64,000 nucleotides of DNA, from assembly GCA_050295515.1 (NCBI GenBank), contig JBNKPU010000012.1, positions 25,025-89,024 of the forward strand, read 5' to 3'. This DNA comes from Bacteroidales bacterium (GTDB lineage: Bacteria; Bacteroidota; Bacteroidia; Bacteroidales; UBA10428). Shown in pieces: positions 1 through 9,585 of the stretch. Under the pieces are notes generated by a model that did no database searches, was not told where the DNA came from, and saw only the letters and a list, made by a program, of their open reading frames with translations. A program made the position numbers and the translations under genes. Positions within the stretch are counted from its first letter, which is position 1. Each line of letters begins with the position of its first letter.

Positions 1-209
1 GAATATTTACCGTCAAGGTCAGTAACAGTTCCATTGGTTGTTCCCTTAACCGAAACTGTAGCTCCAAGAAGAGGAGCCTTTGTGTTAGCGTCATAAATTG
101 TTCCTGAAACTACAAACTCTTGTGCATGCAGTACAAGGAATCCATTAAATGTAAATGCCAAAGCCAGGGTTAGGAGCTTTTGCATCCATCGTGATAGATT
201 TTTTTTCAT
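1..209 (-). CDS. TonB-dependent receptor, SusC/RagA-like, N-terminal fragment only (gene runs off the left edge)
   Basis: Own translation of the reverse strand from ATG at 209..207: MKKNLSRWMQKLLTLALAFTFNGFLVLHAQEFVVSGTIYDANTKAPLLGATVSVKGTTNGTVTDLDGKYS. This is a signal peptide plus a carboxypeptidase-regulatory-like domain typical of SusC-type receptors. Absent from the ORF track because it is truncated. Confidence 0.6.
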   Translation of the reverse strand, partial: MKKNLSRWMQKLLTLALAFTFNGFLVLHAQEFVVSGTIYDANTKAPLLGATVSVKGTTNGTVTDLDGKY

Positions 210-536
210 AGGTTATAAATATATTTAAGGTTAGTGAATGTTCCGATACAATATAACTTATAATTGATCGGCACCATGTGCAACTATGATAACAAGTATG
301 ATAAATGTTATATATTACAGGCGATAAATATATAAAAAATTCTTTTCAATTGATTGAATGCACCATAAACCTTTCTGTTTTTAACATTGCAGGAAAGGCC
401 GAATTTTAGTTTTCAGAGAAGAGACCAAGAATCTTACTATAGAGTTAATGATCTAATGAATATTATTGGATTTTACGCTGAACAAAGCATAGACACATCC
501 AGGTTCCATAGTCAGGATAAAAAAAGCGAATTGACA

Positions 537-574
537 GCTCTCACTCATCACACTCACACTGTATTTGTAATCCC
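537..574. repeat. 38-bp direct repeat, copy A (34/38 identical to copy B at 695..732)
   Basis: gctctcactcatcacactcacactgtatttgtaatccc versus gctctcacttttcacactcacactgtttttgtagtccc, aligned by eye with 4 mismatches. Confidence 0.7.
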
Positions 575-694
575 TTTTATTAATGTAGATTTTTGGGTTT
601 GAGTTTGTTTGGTCTTCACATAAGGTTTGGGCAAGATTAAGGAGGATGGTTTTGTACTGCCCATAAAAACAAAAAAAACAGCATGGTGTTCATC

Positions 695-732
695 GCTCTC
701 ACTTTTCACACTCACACTGTTTTTGTAGTCCC
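695..732. repeat. 38-bp direct repeat, copy B, overlapping the last 7 nt of tRNA-Arg
   Basis: Same alignment as copy A. Positions 726..732 are the 3' end of the tRNA on the minus strand. Confidence 0.7.
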
Positions 733-797
733 GACAGGAATCGAACCTGTATCTATGGTTTAGGAAACCACTATTCTATCCGTTGAACTACGGGACC
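726..797 (-). tRNA. tRNA-Arg (anticodon CCT), 72 nt, no encoded CCA
   Basis: The reverse complement GGTCCCGTAGTTCAACGGATAGAATAGTGGTTTCCTAAACCATAGATACAGGTTCGATTCCTGTCGGGACTA folds by hand into a cloverleaf. It has a 7-bp acceptor stem (G1:U72 wobble), 4-bp D stem, 5-bp anticodon stem with loop TTCCTAA, 4-nt variable loop, T arm ACAGG/TTCGATT/CCTGT and discriminator A. Confidence 0.9.
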
Positions 798-931
798 ATC
801 TTTTTTAAACAGGATGCAAAGATAATCGCTTTTCTCTTTTTGACAAAACTTGATTCGTTATACTGTATACTGTGCATAAATTTTTTTTCTTTGCGTATTG
901 CCTTTCAGTACTTTTAAGGCAAATTATAAGC

Positions 932-1456
932 ATGATACTCGACCTAATCATTATATCATTACTTGCCTATGGGGCTTACCGGGGGTTTACAAAAGGATTC
1001 CTTTTGCAAATAGCTACCTTTGCAGCACTGTTCCTCGGTATTTTTGGTGCAATTCGTCTTAGCAGCTATACCTCAGCTTTTTTTATTGAGCGCTTTGACC
1101 TCAGTGGTGAATATCTTCCCATAATCTCCTTTGCAGTCACTTTTATTGCGATTGTTATTCTGGTTCATTTTGCTGCAAGGTTGCTCGAAAAACTGATTGA
1201 GGCTGTTGCACTGGGCATAGTAAATCGTTTATTTGGCGTGCTGTTTGGAATGATCAAGCTGGCTTTTATTATAAGTATCATACTCGTTGTACTTAATACT
1301 ATTCATAGTTATAAGCCTTTTTTGCCGGTTGACAAATTGAGCAAATCAAAGCTCTATAAACCTTTCTCGAGTCTGGCACCTGCAGTATTTCCATATTTAA
1401 GGCTTAATGTGCCACAGGAAATCAAGGAACATGTGCCAGAGACACTACAAGTTTAA
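932..1456 (+). CDS. cvpA: CvpA family membrane protein (colicin V production protein-like)
   Basis: MILDLIIISLLAYGAYRGFTKGFLLQIATF... has four hydrophobic segments typical of CvpA. I prefer ATG at 932 to the GTG at 872 in the ORF track. Confidence 0.75.
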   Translation: MILDLIIISLLAYGAYRGFTKGFLLQIATFAALFLGIFGAIRLSSYTSAFFIERFDLSGEYLPIISFAVTFIAIVILVHFAARLLEKLIEAVALGIVNRLFGVLFGMIKLAFIISIILVVLNTIHSYKPFLPVDKLSKSKLYKPFSSLAPAVFPYLRLNVPQEIKEHVPETLQV

Positions 1457-1539
1457 TCAATTCATCTCGGATGCATCATCCTTGTAAAACTCTATAGTGT
1501 TATTTCCCAATTATTTTGAGGTAGTTAATTGCCAAATAT

Positions 1540-1547
1540 TATCTTTG
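1540..1547 (+). promoter_or_regulatory. Bacteroidota sigma-A type -7 box TAtcTTTG (with TTTG at 1515..1518) upstream of tyrS
   Basis: tatctttg matches TAnnTTTG. A TTTG lies 21 nt upstream and the box ends 18 nt before the tyrS ATG. Confidence 0.35.
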
Positions 1548-1565
1548 CAGAAATTTTTTGATTAA

Positions 1566-2858
1566 ATGGATTTCATAGAGGAACTGAAATGGAGAGGCAT
1601 GATTCATGATATTATGCCAGGAACTGAAGATCAACTGAAAAAAGAAATGACTGTGGCCTATGTGGGCTTTGATCCTACTGCAGATTCATTGCATGTCGGT
1701 AGCTTTGCCCAGATCATGCTCCTAAAGCGCTTTCAAATGGCTGGGCACAAACCCATAGCATTGGTTGGTGGGGCCACAGGCATGATTGGTGATCCATCAG
1801 GTAAATCACAGGAAAGAAACCTGCTGGATGAAGCGACTTTACAGAAGAACCTTGACGGTATTAAGGCTCAACTTTCCAAATTTCTCGATTTCGAATCTGA
1901 TGCTGCCAATAAAGCTGAAATGGTCAACAATTATGACTGGATGAAGGATTTTTCTTTTCTCGAATTCATCCGTGATATTGGTAAGCACCTCACAGTAAAT
2001 TATATGATGTCGAAAGACAGTGTTAAAAAGCGTCTTGGTGAAGAATCGAAACAAGGCATGTCTTTTACTGAGTTTACTTATCAGTTGGTACAGGGTTATG
2101 ATTTTCTTTACCTTAACCAGAACATTGACTGTAAACTACAAATGGGTGGTTCTGACCAATGGGGGAATATTGTTACAGGAACTGAACTTATTCGCCGTAA
2201 AACACAGGGAGAAGCTTATGCTTTAACTATTCCTTTAGTTACCAAGGCTGATGGTAGAAAATTCGGCAAAACAGAATCAGGTAATGTCTGGTTAGATCCA
2301 GAAAAGACATCTCCTTATGCTTTTTTCCAGTTTTGGTTAAATACATCAGACGAAGATGCCGCAAAATACATTAAGATTTTTACCGTTCTTCCTAAGGAAG
2401 AAGTAGATGCTTTGATTGCAGAGCACGAAGAGGCACCACACAACAGGGTACTGCAGAAGAAATTAGCTGAGGAGTTGACTACTATGGTCCATAGCAAAGA
2501 GGAGTATGACAATGCGGTGGAGGCATCACAGATTTTATTTGGTAAAGGAACAAATGAAAGCCTTGCCAAATTGGATGAAAGAACTTTCTTGTCTGTTTTC
2601 GAGGGGGTTCCTACTTATGAGATAGAAAGGGGTTTATTTACCGAAGGAATTGGAGTTTTGGACCTCCTTGCTGAAAAAACGGATGTGTTCCCTTCAAAAG
2701 GTGAGCTAAGGAGAATGATCAAAGGTGGGGGAGTTAGCATCAATAAAGAAAAAGTGCAGGATGCAGAGATGATTGTTAAGGACACAGTTCTTTTAAATGA
2801 TAAATATCTTTTAGTACAAAAAGGCAAAAAAAATTATTACTTGATATCTGTTAAATAA
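1566..2858 (+). CDS. tyrS: tyrosine--tRNA ligase
   Basis: Class I signature [11 protein letters not shown] (HIGH-like), KFGKT (KMSKS-like), and a C-terminal S4-like domain ([22 protein letters not shown]). 430 aa. Confidence 0.95.
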   Translation: MDFIEELKWRGMIHDIMPGTEDQLKKEMTVAYVGFDPTADSLHVGSFAQIMLLKRFQMAGHKPIALVGGATGMIGDPSGKSQERNLLDEATLQKNLDGIKAQLSKFLDFESDAANKAEMVNNYDWMKDFSFLEFIRDIGKHLTVNYMMSKDSVKKRLGEESKQGMSFTEFTYQLVQGYDFLYLNQNIDCKLQMGGSDQWGNIVTGTELIRRKTQGEAYALTIPLVTKADGRKFGKTESGNVWLDPEKTSPYAFFQFWLNTSDEDAAKYIKIFTVLPKEEVDALIAEHEEAPHNRVLQKKLAEELTTMVHSKEEYDNAVEASQILFGKGTNESLAKLDERTFLSVFEGVPTYEIERGLFTEGIGVLDLLAEKTDVFPSKGELRRMIKGGGVSINKEKVQDAEMIVKDTVLLNDKYLLVQKGKKNYYLISVK

Positions 2859-2863
2859 TTACA

Positions 2864-3880
2864 ATGGCAACAAAATCCAAGAAAAAACAAAAAGTTTATG
2901 ATGCATTTGACCTGATCAAATTTGCATGGGAAAAACGCTGGTTATTAATCGGGATAACATTTTTAGCCGGACTGACATCAATTGTTGTCAGCCTTCAAAT
3001 GACTGACAGGTTCAGGTCATCGGTAATCTTGTTTCCAGCAGCCTCGGTGTCTATTGCCAAGAACCTAGTCGAAACCTCTTCCATTTCAATGGACAGTAGG
3101 GATATTCTTTCGTTTGGACGTGAAGAAGATGCAGAACGTATGTTGCAGATATTGCATTCAAATAAAATTAAAGACCATATTGTAAATAAATTTGGATTAT
3201 TGGAGCACTATGAATTAACAGGTGAAGAGTTTAAATGGACTAAGCTGGACCAAAAATACAAATCCAATATAAAATTCAGACGTACTGAATTCCAGTCACT
3301 TGAAATCTCGGTCTTGGATGAGGACCCGCAGTATGCTGCAGATATAGCCAATGAGATTGCTGCTTATATAGATTCTACTATTCACGGTATGCAGAAAGAC
3401 CGGGCACTAGAGGCTTTTAAAATTGTTGAACGGGAATATTTGCTTAGTCAACATCAGATTGATGGTTTAAGTGATTCAATTCAGAAAATCCGCGATTTAG
3501 GGGTAATAGATTATGAATCGCAGGCTGCGGCATTGAACGAAGCATATGCTAATGCTATAGGGGCAAATAATAGCCAGGCAGCAAATACTTTAAGAAACAG
3601 GATGGGAACGCTTGCAAAATATGGAGGTATCTATGTCGAGTTATCAAAAAAACTTGAGGCTGAGATTGAGCGCTTTACCATGTTGAAGGATAAATATGCA
3701 GCAGCTAAAATTAATGTAGAACAAACTGTTCCTCAAATATTTATTGTAGATAAAGCAACAAAGTCAGAACGAAAAGCAGAGCCAAAGCGTTCTATTATAG
3801 TTTTTGTCAGCACTTTAACCACCTTCATGCTTGCATTGCTTCTACTCTTGATAATTGATAATGTAAAAGCTCGTATATAG
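2864..3880 (+). CDS. Wzz-like polysaccharide chain-length determinant family protein
   Basis: N-terminal TM (WLLIGITFLAGLTSIVVSL) followed by the Wzz-type motif, a long coiled periplasmic region and a C-terminal TM (IIVFVSTLTTFMLALLLLLII). Starts 5 nt after the tyrS stop. Confidence 0.6.
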   Translation: MATKSKKKQKVYDAFDLIKFAWEKRWLLIGITFLAGLTSIVVSLQMTDRFRSSVILFPAASVSIAKNLVETSSISMDSRDILSFGREEDAERMLQILHSNKIKDHIVNKFGLLEHYELTGEEFKWTKLDQKYKSNIKFRRTEFQSLEISVLDEDPQYAADIANEIAAYIDSTIHGMQKDRALEAFKIVEREYLLSQHQIDGLSDSIQKIRDLGVIDYESQAAALNEAYANAIGANNSQAANTLRNRMGTLAKYGGIYVELSKKLEAEIERFTMLKDKYAAAKINVEQTVPQIFIVDKATKSERKAEPKRSIIVFVSTLTTFMLALLLLLIIDNVKARI

Positions 3881-3884
3881 AACT

Positions 3885-5372
3885 GTGCAGGAACTAATCA
3901 GGCAATATAAAAGTAATATAGGTATTGTTGTACTTGCAGTTTTATACATTGCAGTAAACTTGTACCTTACTTTTCAGGGAGTATATTATTTAAATGTATT
4001 GCCGGTGGCACTTCTTTTATTTTATTTGGCTTTTACGCGTTTAGATATTGTATATTTTATCATTATAGCCTGTACTCCCTTATCTATTCCATTAATTGAA
4101 TTTGTACGGTCATCACCTATAGATTTTTATATACCTACAGAGCCCATTTTGTTTGGAGTGTTAGTATTGATAATTTTCAAGATGGCCAAGGAAAATTTTA
4201 TTGACAGGAGAATAATTAACCATCCTGTTTCATTGGCTATCCTTTTTAATCTGTTTTGGCTATTGATGACCTCAATTACGAGTACAATGCCTTTGGTATC
4301 GTTTAAATTCCTATTGGCCCGAATCTGGTTTTTGGCTTCATTTTATTTGTTGGCTATCTACATTTTTAAAGATCCGAGGAATATTTCCAAATTTGTTTGG
4401 GCCTACACTCTACCATTATTGGTGGTTATAGTTTATGCCATCAACAGGCACCTTGCATGGGGTTTGTTTGATAAGCAAGCAGCCCATATTGTGGCTAATC
4501 CCTTTTACCGCGACCATACATCGTATGGCGCTATTTTAGCTATGGTATTGTTTGCTTATGTTGGGGTTAACCTAAGGCCAAACCAGAGTTTCTTAAGAAA
4601 ATTGGTCTTGTGGGCAGTATTTATTTTGCTTTTCGTGGCACTTCTACTTTCCTATACACGGGCAGCATGGGTCAGTGTAATCTGTGGCATACTCATTATA
4701 GGATTTACTTTACTCCGGATTAAGTTTAAGTATTTGCTCCTTGTAGGTGCAGTTGTTCTGGCCTTGGTTTATAATAACAGGGTGTCAATCATCCATAAAA
4801 TGGAGAACAATAAGCAAGACTCCTCAGCAAATATTACGGAGCACATCCAGTCAGTCACTAATATTGCTACCGATGCCTCTAATCTTGAACGGCTGAACAG
4901 GTGGGCTGCAGCTTTCAGGATGTTTAAGGAAAAGCCAGTGTTTGGTTTTGGTCCCGGTACTTATATGTTTAAATATGCTCCATTTCAAAACTCATCTCAA
5001 CGAACTGTGATCAGTACAAATTTTGGGGATCTCGGAAATGCACATAGCGAATATATAGGACCTCTTGCAGAATCGGGACTTTTAGGTTCCTTGTCCTTTA
5101 TTCTTATTGGCATAATCGCCATCTATAGAGGGTATAAGATTTATAATCGAATCGTTGAGAAACACCTTAAAATTGTCGTTCTTACTTCCATGATGGCCCT
5201 TATTACGTATTTTATACATGGGTTTTTAAATAATTTTCTTGATACAGATAAGGCTTCGTCTTTATTCTGGGGATTTATTGCAATGATTGTATCTCTGGAC
5301 ATTTATTATAAGGAAGGACGAAAAAGGAATTACGTTATTAAGTCTGATTTGCCTAAAGAGCTAACAAAATAG
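3885..5372 (+). CDS. O-antigen ligase / Wzy_C-domain family membrane protein
   Basis: About 11 TM segments. Has the SYTRAAWVSV motif plus a large loop (NLERLNRWAAAFRMFKEKPVFGFGPGTY..AHSEY) characteristic of the O-antigen ligase/polymerase family. GTG start 4 nt after the Wzz-like stop. Confidence 0.7.
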   Translation: MQELIRQYKSNIGIVVLAVLYIAVNLYLTFQGVYYLNVLPVALLLFYLAFTRLDIVYFIIIACTPLSIPLIEFVRSSPIDFYIPTEPILFGVLVLIIFKMAKENFIDRRIINHPVSLAILFNLFWLLMTSITSTMPLVSFKFLLARIWFLASFYLLAIYIFKDPRNISKFVWAYTLPLLVVIVYAINRHLAWGLFDKQAAHIVANPFYRDHTSYGAILAMVLFAYVGVNLRPNQSFLRKLVLWAVFILLFVALLLSYTRAAWVSVICGILIIGFTLLRIKFKYLLLVGAVVLALVYNNRVSIIHKMENNKQDSSANITEHIQSVTNIATDASNLERLNRWAAAFRMFKEKPVFGFGPGTYMFKYAPFQNSSQRTVISTNFGDLGNAHSEYIGPLAESGLLGSLSFILIGIIAIYRGYKIYNRIVEKHLKIVVLTSMMALITYFIHGFLNNFLDTDKASSLFWGFIAMIVSLDIYYKEGRKRNYVIKSDLPKELTK

Positions 5373-5445
5373 AGAATCTCAAAACTTTCTTGTCACTATC
5401 AAGAAATTCCTGGTTTTTATTTTTTGAACTTCGAGTTTCCTTCAT

Positions 5446-5481
5446 AAAAAAAACGCTTGCTACACATTGGCAACAAGCGTT
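5446..5481 (-). terminator. Rho-independent terminator of the GH16-fold gene
   Basis: 8-bp stem aacgcttg/caagcgtt with a 14-nt loop. On the minus strand it is followed by a T-run (plus-strand A8 at 5446..5453). It lies 28 nt downstream of the stop at 5509. Confidence 0.55.
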
Positions 5482-5508
5482 CTATCATACTATAGTTTAA
5501 TACTTGAA

Positions 5509-6939
5509 TTAATTCTTACTGTAGCACCTTACCCAATCAATTTCCATATTTGCTGGTAAATTACTAGTTGTATCGCTATATAATCCGGCACTAAAATTAA
5601 GGTACATTTCTTCATCGGGCACATTGGATGAAATGGTTTTTACTTCAAGGCCGTTAATTTTCCAGACTATTTTATTGGCTTCCCATTCGAGGCTAAAGAT
5701 ATGATAATCATTTGAAAACCTGCTTTTGCCAAGTGCTTTGATAACTTTCTGTTCTTGGTCAAATGCAATACCCATCGAACACTTTTTATAGCCTTCAACA
5801 ATATTGATATGGGGGGTTATATTTTCACCAACCATCCAGAATGTGTTGTATACATCTGATGAGTTCGAAAATTTGATTTTAGCTTCGAAAAGCCCGTATT
5901 TTTGCCTAAATGTTTTACCTGTATTAATTATACCTGATGTATATTTAAAAATCATTGGAATAAAACCAACAGATGGATTCCATACTTTACCTTCAATGTC
6001 TTCTCTTTTAGTAGCGATTTTAATTGTACTTCCATTAAAATCAAGGTTTTTGCCTTCGGTATAGAAATGTTTTTCGTGCGCTAGAGAATAGCTTTCGCCA
6101 AGCATTTTATCTGCCCAGTAATAACGCGTTAGCCATTTGCTTGTATCCAGCTTTCCTGTATCAAAATCGTCTTCGAAAGTAATCGTCCAGGTCTTGAAGA
6201 ATTCAAATTTCTTATGGCCTTTGTTCGCAAAATACCACTTGATTTTTTCAGATTTTTTCAGACTTTCAAATTCTTCAAACTTTTTATAGGCATCTGCCTG
6301 TTGCCATCTGTCTTTAGGCTTGAGCAACAAATATTTCTTTTTTTCCACAAACGTTTCGGACTGAACATATTCTTCCAGCTCTTTGAGCTTTTTAAGCTTA
6401 TCGGAACCTTCAATAGTGTTATAATTGGCTAATTGTTTGGATTTGCCAAAACTGAAATATTGTTTGATTGCAGGGTCCTTTGCAAGCTGGTTAAATTCCT
6501 GAAATTTTTGAAATGCATCTGAAGTTTGATACGTTTTTTTATCCTGTTTGGCAGTAGTAAACTCTGAAGAATTCACAAATTTTTCCAGATCCTGGTATTT
6601 TTTAAGTTTATCAGAATCCTTAGTGTCGTTGTATTGTTTTAAATCTGCAGATGGAGATGTTTTTAAATAAAGCTTGATACTTTTATCCTTTTTCAGGCGC
6701 AAGTACTCACTTTCTTTCATATACTCTTCAGAACCTTTGTATTTTAGCCCAATAAGTTCATTCTTTTTATTCTGGTACTCTGCTGAACTAATAAATTGCT
6801 CTAATTCCTTATATCGAGCTAGTTCATCAGACGTTTCAAATTCATTTAAAGCAGTGAATTCATCTTGTAGTTGCTTACGTTTTTGTTCGTATCCTTGTGT
6901 TTTAGGATAAAGCCCAAGTAAAGTTTTAAGTCCGGCCAT
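5509..6939 (-). CDS. GH16-fold (concanavalin-like) protein with an N-terminal helical repeat domain; catalytic motif degenerate
   Basis: The C-terminal 230 aa align by eye to GH16 laminarinase blocks (GLFEAKIKF..FWMVGEN..PHINIVEGY..FSLEWEANKIVWKINGLEV..EIDWVRCY). There is no signal peptide. The N-terminal 245 aa is a 3x bipartite repeat. Confidence 0.7.
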   Translation of the reverse strand: MAGLKTLLGLYPKTQGYEQKRKQLQDEFTALNEFETSDELARYKELEQFISSAEYQNKKNELIGLKYKGSEEYMKESEYLRLKKDKSIKLYLKTSPSADLKQYNDTKDSDKLKKYQDLEKFVNSSEFTTAKQDKKTYQTSDAFQKFQEFNQLAKDPAIKQYFSFGKSKQLANYNTIEGSDKLKKLKELEEYVQSETFVEKKKYLLLKPKDRWQQADAYKKFEEFESLKKSEKIKWYFANKGHKKFEFFKTWTITFEDDFDTGKLDTSKWLTRYYWADKMLGESYSLAHEKHFYTEGKNLDFNGSTIKIATKREDIEGKVWNPSVGFIPMIFKYTSGIINTGKTFRQKYGLFEAKIKFSNSSDVYNTFWMVGENITPHINIVEGYKKCSMGIAFDQEQKVIKALGKSRFSNDYHIFSLEWEANKIVWKINGLEVKTISSNVPDEEMYLNFSAGLYSDTTSNLPANMEIDWVRCYSKN

Positions 6940-7210
6940 TAAAGCAAATGTTTAACCTTTGTTTAAAAAATAACTTAAAAATATAATTAAGATTGTGTAA
7001 AAACCCAATTATTCACATAAAGATAAAAAAAATATCATAAGGTTTTGTCAACTACGCTTTATTCAATTCGAATATTGTGGTGACTTTTATGCACTTTCAG
7101 AATAATTTTCTCTTGAACTATGGAATTTTACAACAATAGTTGCTTTTACGGGTTTCATATTGAATAGGTTTCTTAAAAACCGAGTTTATCAGGTTTTTAT
7201 TACGATTGTA

Positions 7211-8650
7211 CTAACCACCTACTTTCTCATTCAGGAAATCCACCTTACTTTTTTTAAAAATAATGATTTTCACTCCCCTTTTCTTCTTGCTGTATATTTT
7301 TTGCCAGGAATCTCTGAGGGCATCATATTCCTGGTCTTTAATATCATTGAAAATATTTGAGTACAAGCAATATTCAACTTGCTCTAACTCTTTTGATGAA
7401 AAGGCACTCTCCTGGCCATTTAAAGAAATGAATTTTTCCGAAGCCATGTTTGGGAACCAGCTTTTCACACTGTCTAATGGTATCTGTTCTTGTTTCAGGT
7501 AGTCTATAGCATCACTTCGTAGCTTGTAATATGGAAGATGTGCAAGTGTAGAGTCCCACCCTTGAGCAACCTTGTCGGGATAAACGATAAAGTTTCCAGC
7601 CAATAAAAAGGCGAGTACGACTGGTAATATTGGTGTTGAGATCTTTCTCAGATGTATAAGATACAATACCAATAATGCAATTACCAGGTACGTTGGCAAA
7701 AAATACCTGTGCTGCATCAGGTATGTATGAAGAAGCATATTCAAAGGGAATAATAGTAAAAACAGAATACAAAGGATTACCAGTTGCTTAAGTTTTTTAT
7801 CCTGCTTCAGATTATTTAAAATAAAAGGGACCATTGGTATAAGGATAAGCCACCAGATAATCCTTCCAAAATCTATTAAGCGCCAAATGTATAAACCTAT
7901 GTTCCATATAAAACCATTTATTCCAACTTTTTCAAAACTTCCTGCCCAGGGCGAATCATCATGGAAGGCAATCCATCCTTTGCCTATAAAATGCCAAATT
8001 AAAAATGCAATTGCGATTATTGAGCCAGGAACATATGACAGACTTTCCCGGAGAAAAGTTTTGAATGATTTTGTCTCCATCCAAATATTTATAGCATCAA
8101 AAAGGAACAAGAAAAAAGCCACCATCCAACCGCGCATGCTTATAAGAGAAAGCCCGGCAATTGCAATAATTTTTAAAACATGTCTTCGATATAGAATACT
8201 ATTTAGCAGTAAAAGCATAAAAAACACCAACGGAATATCAGGCGATATCAAAGTGGCTTGGGCCAGTAGGGTAGGCCCAGCCAGAAAAACTGTAAGATAA
8301 AACTTGTTGTTTCCTTCAATAAAAAACGACAACAGACGGTTTGCCTGATAGACAATTCCCCATAGAAAGGGCAGCAAAAAAAGGTGGCTGATGATTAACG
8401 ACTTTCCAAAAAGCTTCCAAACAACTGCCAACAGGTAACCAAAAGTTGGTATATGCCCACTGTCCATTTCGTCTGGTAATAGAAATGGGACTAATCCATT
8501 ATTAAAATAAAAGCTGGCATGTTTTGCTGATAATTGAACAGTATCCCAGAAAAAAGCATTTTTCGAAACAAAGAGTACTAGTAGAAAGAAAAAGAGATAA
8601 AAAGGTATGTTTCCTCTTAAAAAAGACTTTTTTGATTTGTAATCAAACAT
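7211..8650 (-). CDS. GT-C fold membrane glycosyltransferase (ArnT/PMT, GT39/83-like)
   Basis: About 11 TM segments. The first periplasmic loop carries LPDEMDSGHIPTFGYLL, resembling the DE..HPPL motif of the PMT_2/ArnT families, and there is a soluble C-terminal tail. I use the internal ATG at 8650, 4 nt after the atpG stop, rather than 8680. Confidence 0.5.
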   Translation of the reverse strand: MFDYKSKKSFLRGNIPFYLFFFLLVLFVSKNAFFWDTVQLSAKHASFYFNNGLVPFLLPDEMDSGHIPTFGYLLAVVWKLFGKSLIISHLFLLPFLWGIVYQANRLLSFFIEGNNKFYLTVFLAGPTLLAQATLISPDIPLVFFMLLLLNSILYRRHVLKIIAIAGLSLISMRGWMVAFFLFLFDAINIWMETKSFKTFLRESLSYVPGSIIAIAFLIWHFIGKGWIAFHDDSPWAGSFEKVGINGFIWNIGLYIWRLIDFGRIIWWLILIPMVPFILNNLKQDKKLKQLVILCILFLLLFPLNMLLHTYLMQHRYFLPTYLVIALLVLYLIHLRKISTPILPVVLAFLLAGNFIVYPDKVAQGWDSTLAHLPYYKLRSDAIDYLKQEQIPLDSVKSWFPNMASEKFISLNGQESAFSSKELEQVEYCLYSNIFNDIKDQEYDALRDSWQKIYSKKKRGVKIIIFKKSKVDFLNEKVGG

Positions 8651-8654
8651 GATT

Positions 8655-9539
8655 TTATCCCTTAAGGGCTTCAGCTCCACCTACAATTTCGAGTATTTCA
8701 TTAGTAATTGTTGCTTGTCGTGCTTTATTATAATCCAATTGAAGTTCTTTAATCAGTTCCGTTGCATTATCTGTTGCTTTATGCATGGCAGTCATCCTGG
8801 CTCCCTGTTCAGAAGCATTTGAATCAAGTAATGCTTTATACAATTGAATTTTAAGGGATTTTGGGATTAGGTCCTTGACAATTTCTTCTTTTGAGGGTTC
8901 TAAAATATAATCAAGTTTCTGGTTGCTTTCTTCTTTTATATCCTCCTCGGTCTTGAAAGGTAAATATTGTTCAGAAATGACCTCCTGGGTTGCTGCATTT
9001 TTAAACTGGTTATAATAGATTTTAATTAAATCATACTTTCCATCCACATAGCTTTGCGTCAGTTCAAAAGCTAATTTTTTAATGTCCTGATAATTCAAGT
9101 CATCTAATAGTTCGTTGCGTGTTTCCTTGATCTTAAAACCTTTTGCTATCAGGAGCTCTGCTCCTTTTTTTCCTATACAAATTAAATCAAACGCATTGTT
9201 TTGTGAAAGATCTGTATAATCATCACTAAGTTCATTGATCACCTGTTTGGCAATATTTGAATTAAATGCTCCACAAAGTCCCTTATTGCTAGTGATTACA
9301 ATAAATAAAGCTTTCTTAACAGGTCTGTTTTCTTTAAAAATATCAACCTCTTCACTTTCAATATTATTTGCCAGGCTCTTCAGAATATTTAAAAGTGTGA
9401 GGGCATAGGGCCTCATTTGAATAATAGCATCCTGAGCCTTCCTCAATTTAGCAGCAGACACCATCTTCATGGCGCTGGTAATCTGGCGGGTCGTTTTTAT
9501 AGAACTTAGCCGTGTACGTATTTCTTTTAAATTTGCCAT
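8655..9539 (-). CDS. atpG: F0F1 ATP synthase subunit gamma
   Basis: MANLKEIRTRLSSIKTTRQITSAMKMVSAAKLRKAQ... with C-terminal ARQATITNEILEIVGGAEAL. Canonical gamma subunit. Confidence 0.95.
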   Translation of the reverse strand: MANLKEIRTRLSSIKTTRQITSAMKMVSAAKLRKAQDAIIQMRPYALTLLNILKSLANNIESEEVDIFKENRPVKKALFIVITSNKGLCGAFNSNIAKQVINELSDDYTDLSQNNAFDLICIGKKGAELLIAKGFKIKETRNELLDDLNYQDIKKLAFELTQSYVDGKYDLIKIYYNQFKNAATQEVISEQYLPFKTEEDIKEESNQKLDYILEPSKEEIVKDLIPKSLKIQLYKALLDSNASEQGARMTAMHKATDNATELIKELQLDYNKARQATITNEILEIVGGAEALKG

Positions 9540-9585
9540 TTATTCGATCAACAAAAAATTAAAATCTAATCTTATCAGAACTGCA

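Noticed and set aside
387-602. 71-aa ORF in the tRNA-flanking gap
   Set aside because: Its composition is not protein-like. It has no upstream -7 box or ribosome-binding context that I can see, and it runs through direct repeat copy A. I treat it as non-coding.
210-797. tRNA-linked genomic island
   Set aside because: There is no integrase, no cargo genes and only a 158-bp repeat spacing. I kept it as a low-interest scar finding rather than calling a mobile element.
5386-5427. Hairpin tttcttg/caagaaa plus T-rich tail as the terminator of the O-antigen-ligase-like gene
   Set aside because: The stem is only 7 A/T-rich base pairs and the T-run starts 7 nt after it, so the evidence is too weak to list as a feature. 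The convergent GH16 terminator at 5446..5481 is much stronger and may act bidirectionally.
8651-8680. Apparent 26-nt overlap between atpG and the downstream GT-C gene; also the upstream-extended starts at 872, 24012, 29284, 41923 and 63774
   Set aside because: Each is resolved by an in-frame internal ATG that gives a sensible N-terminus (signal peptide or conserved family start) and removes the overlap. The track extensions begin at GTG/TTG or add non-conserved residues.
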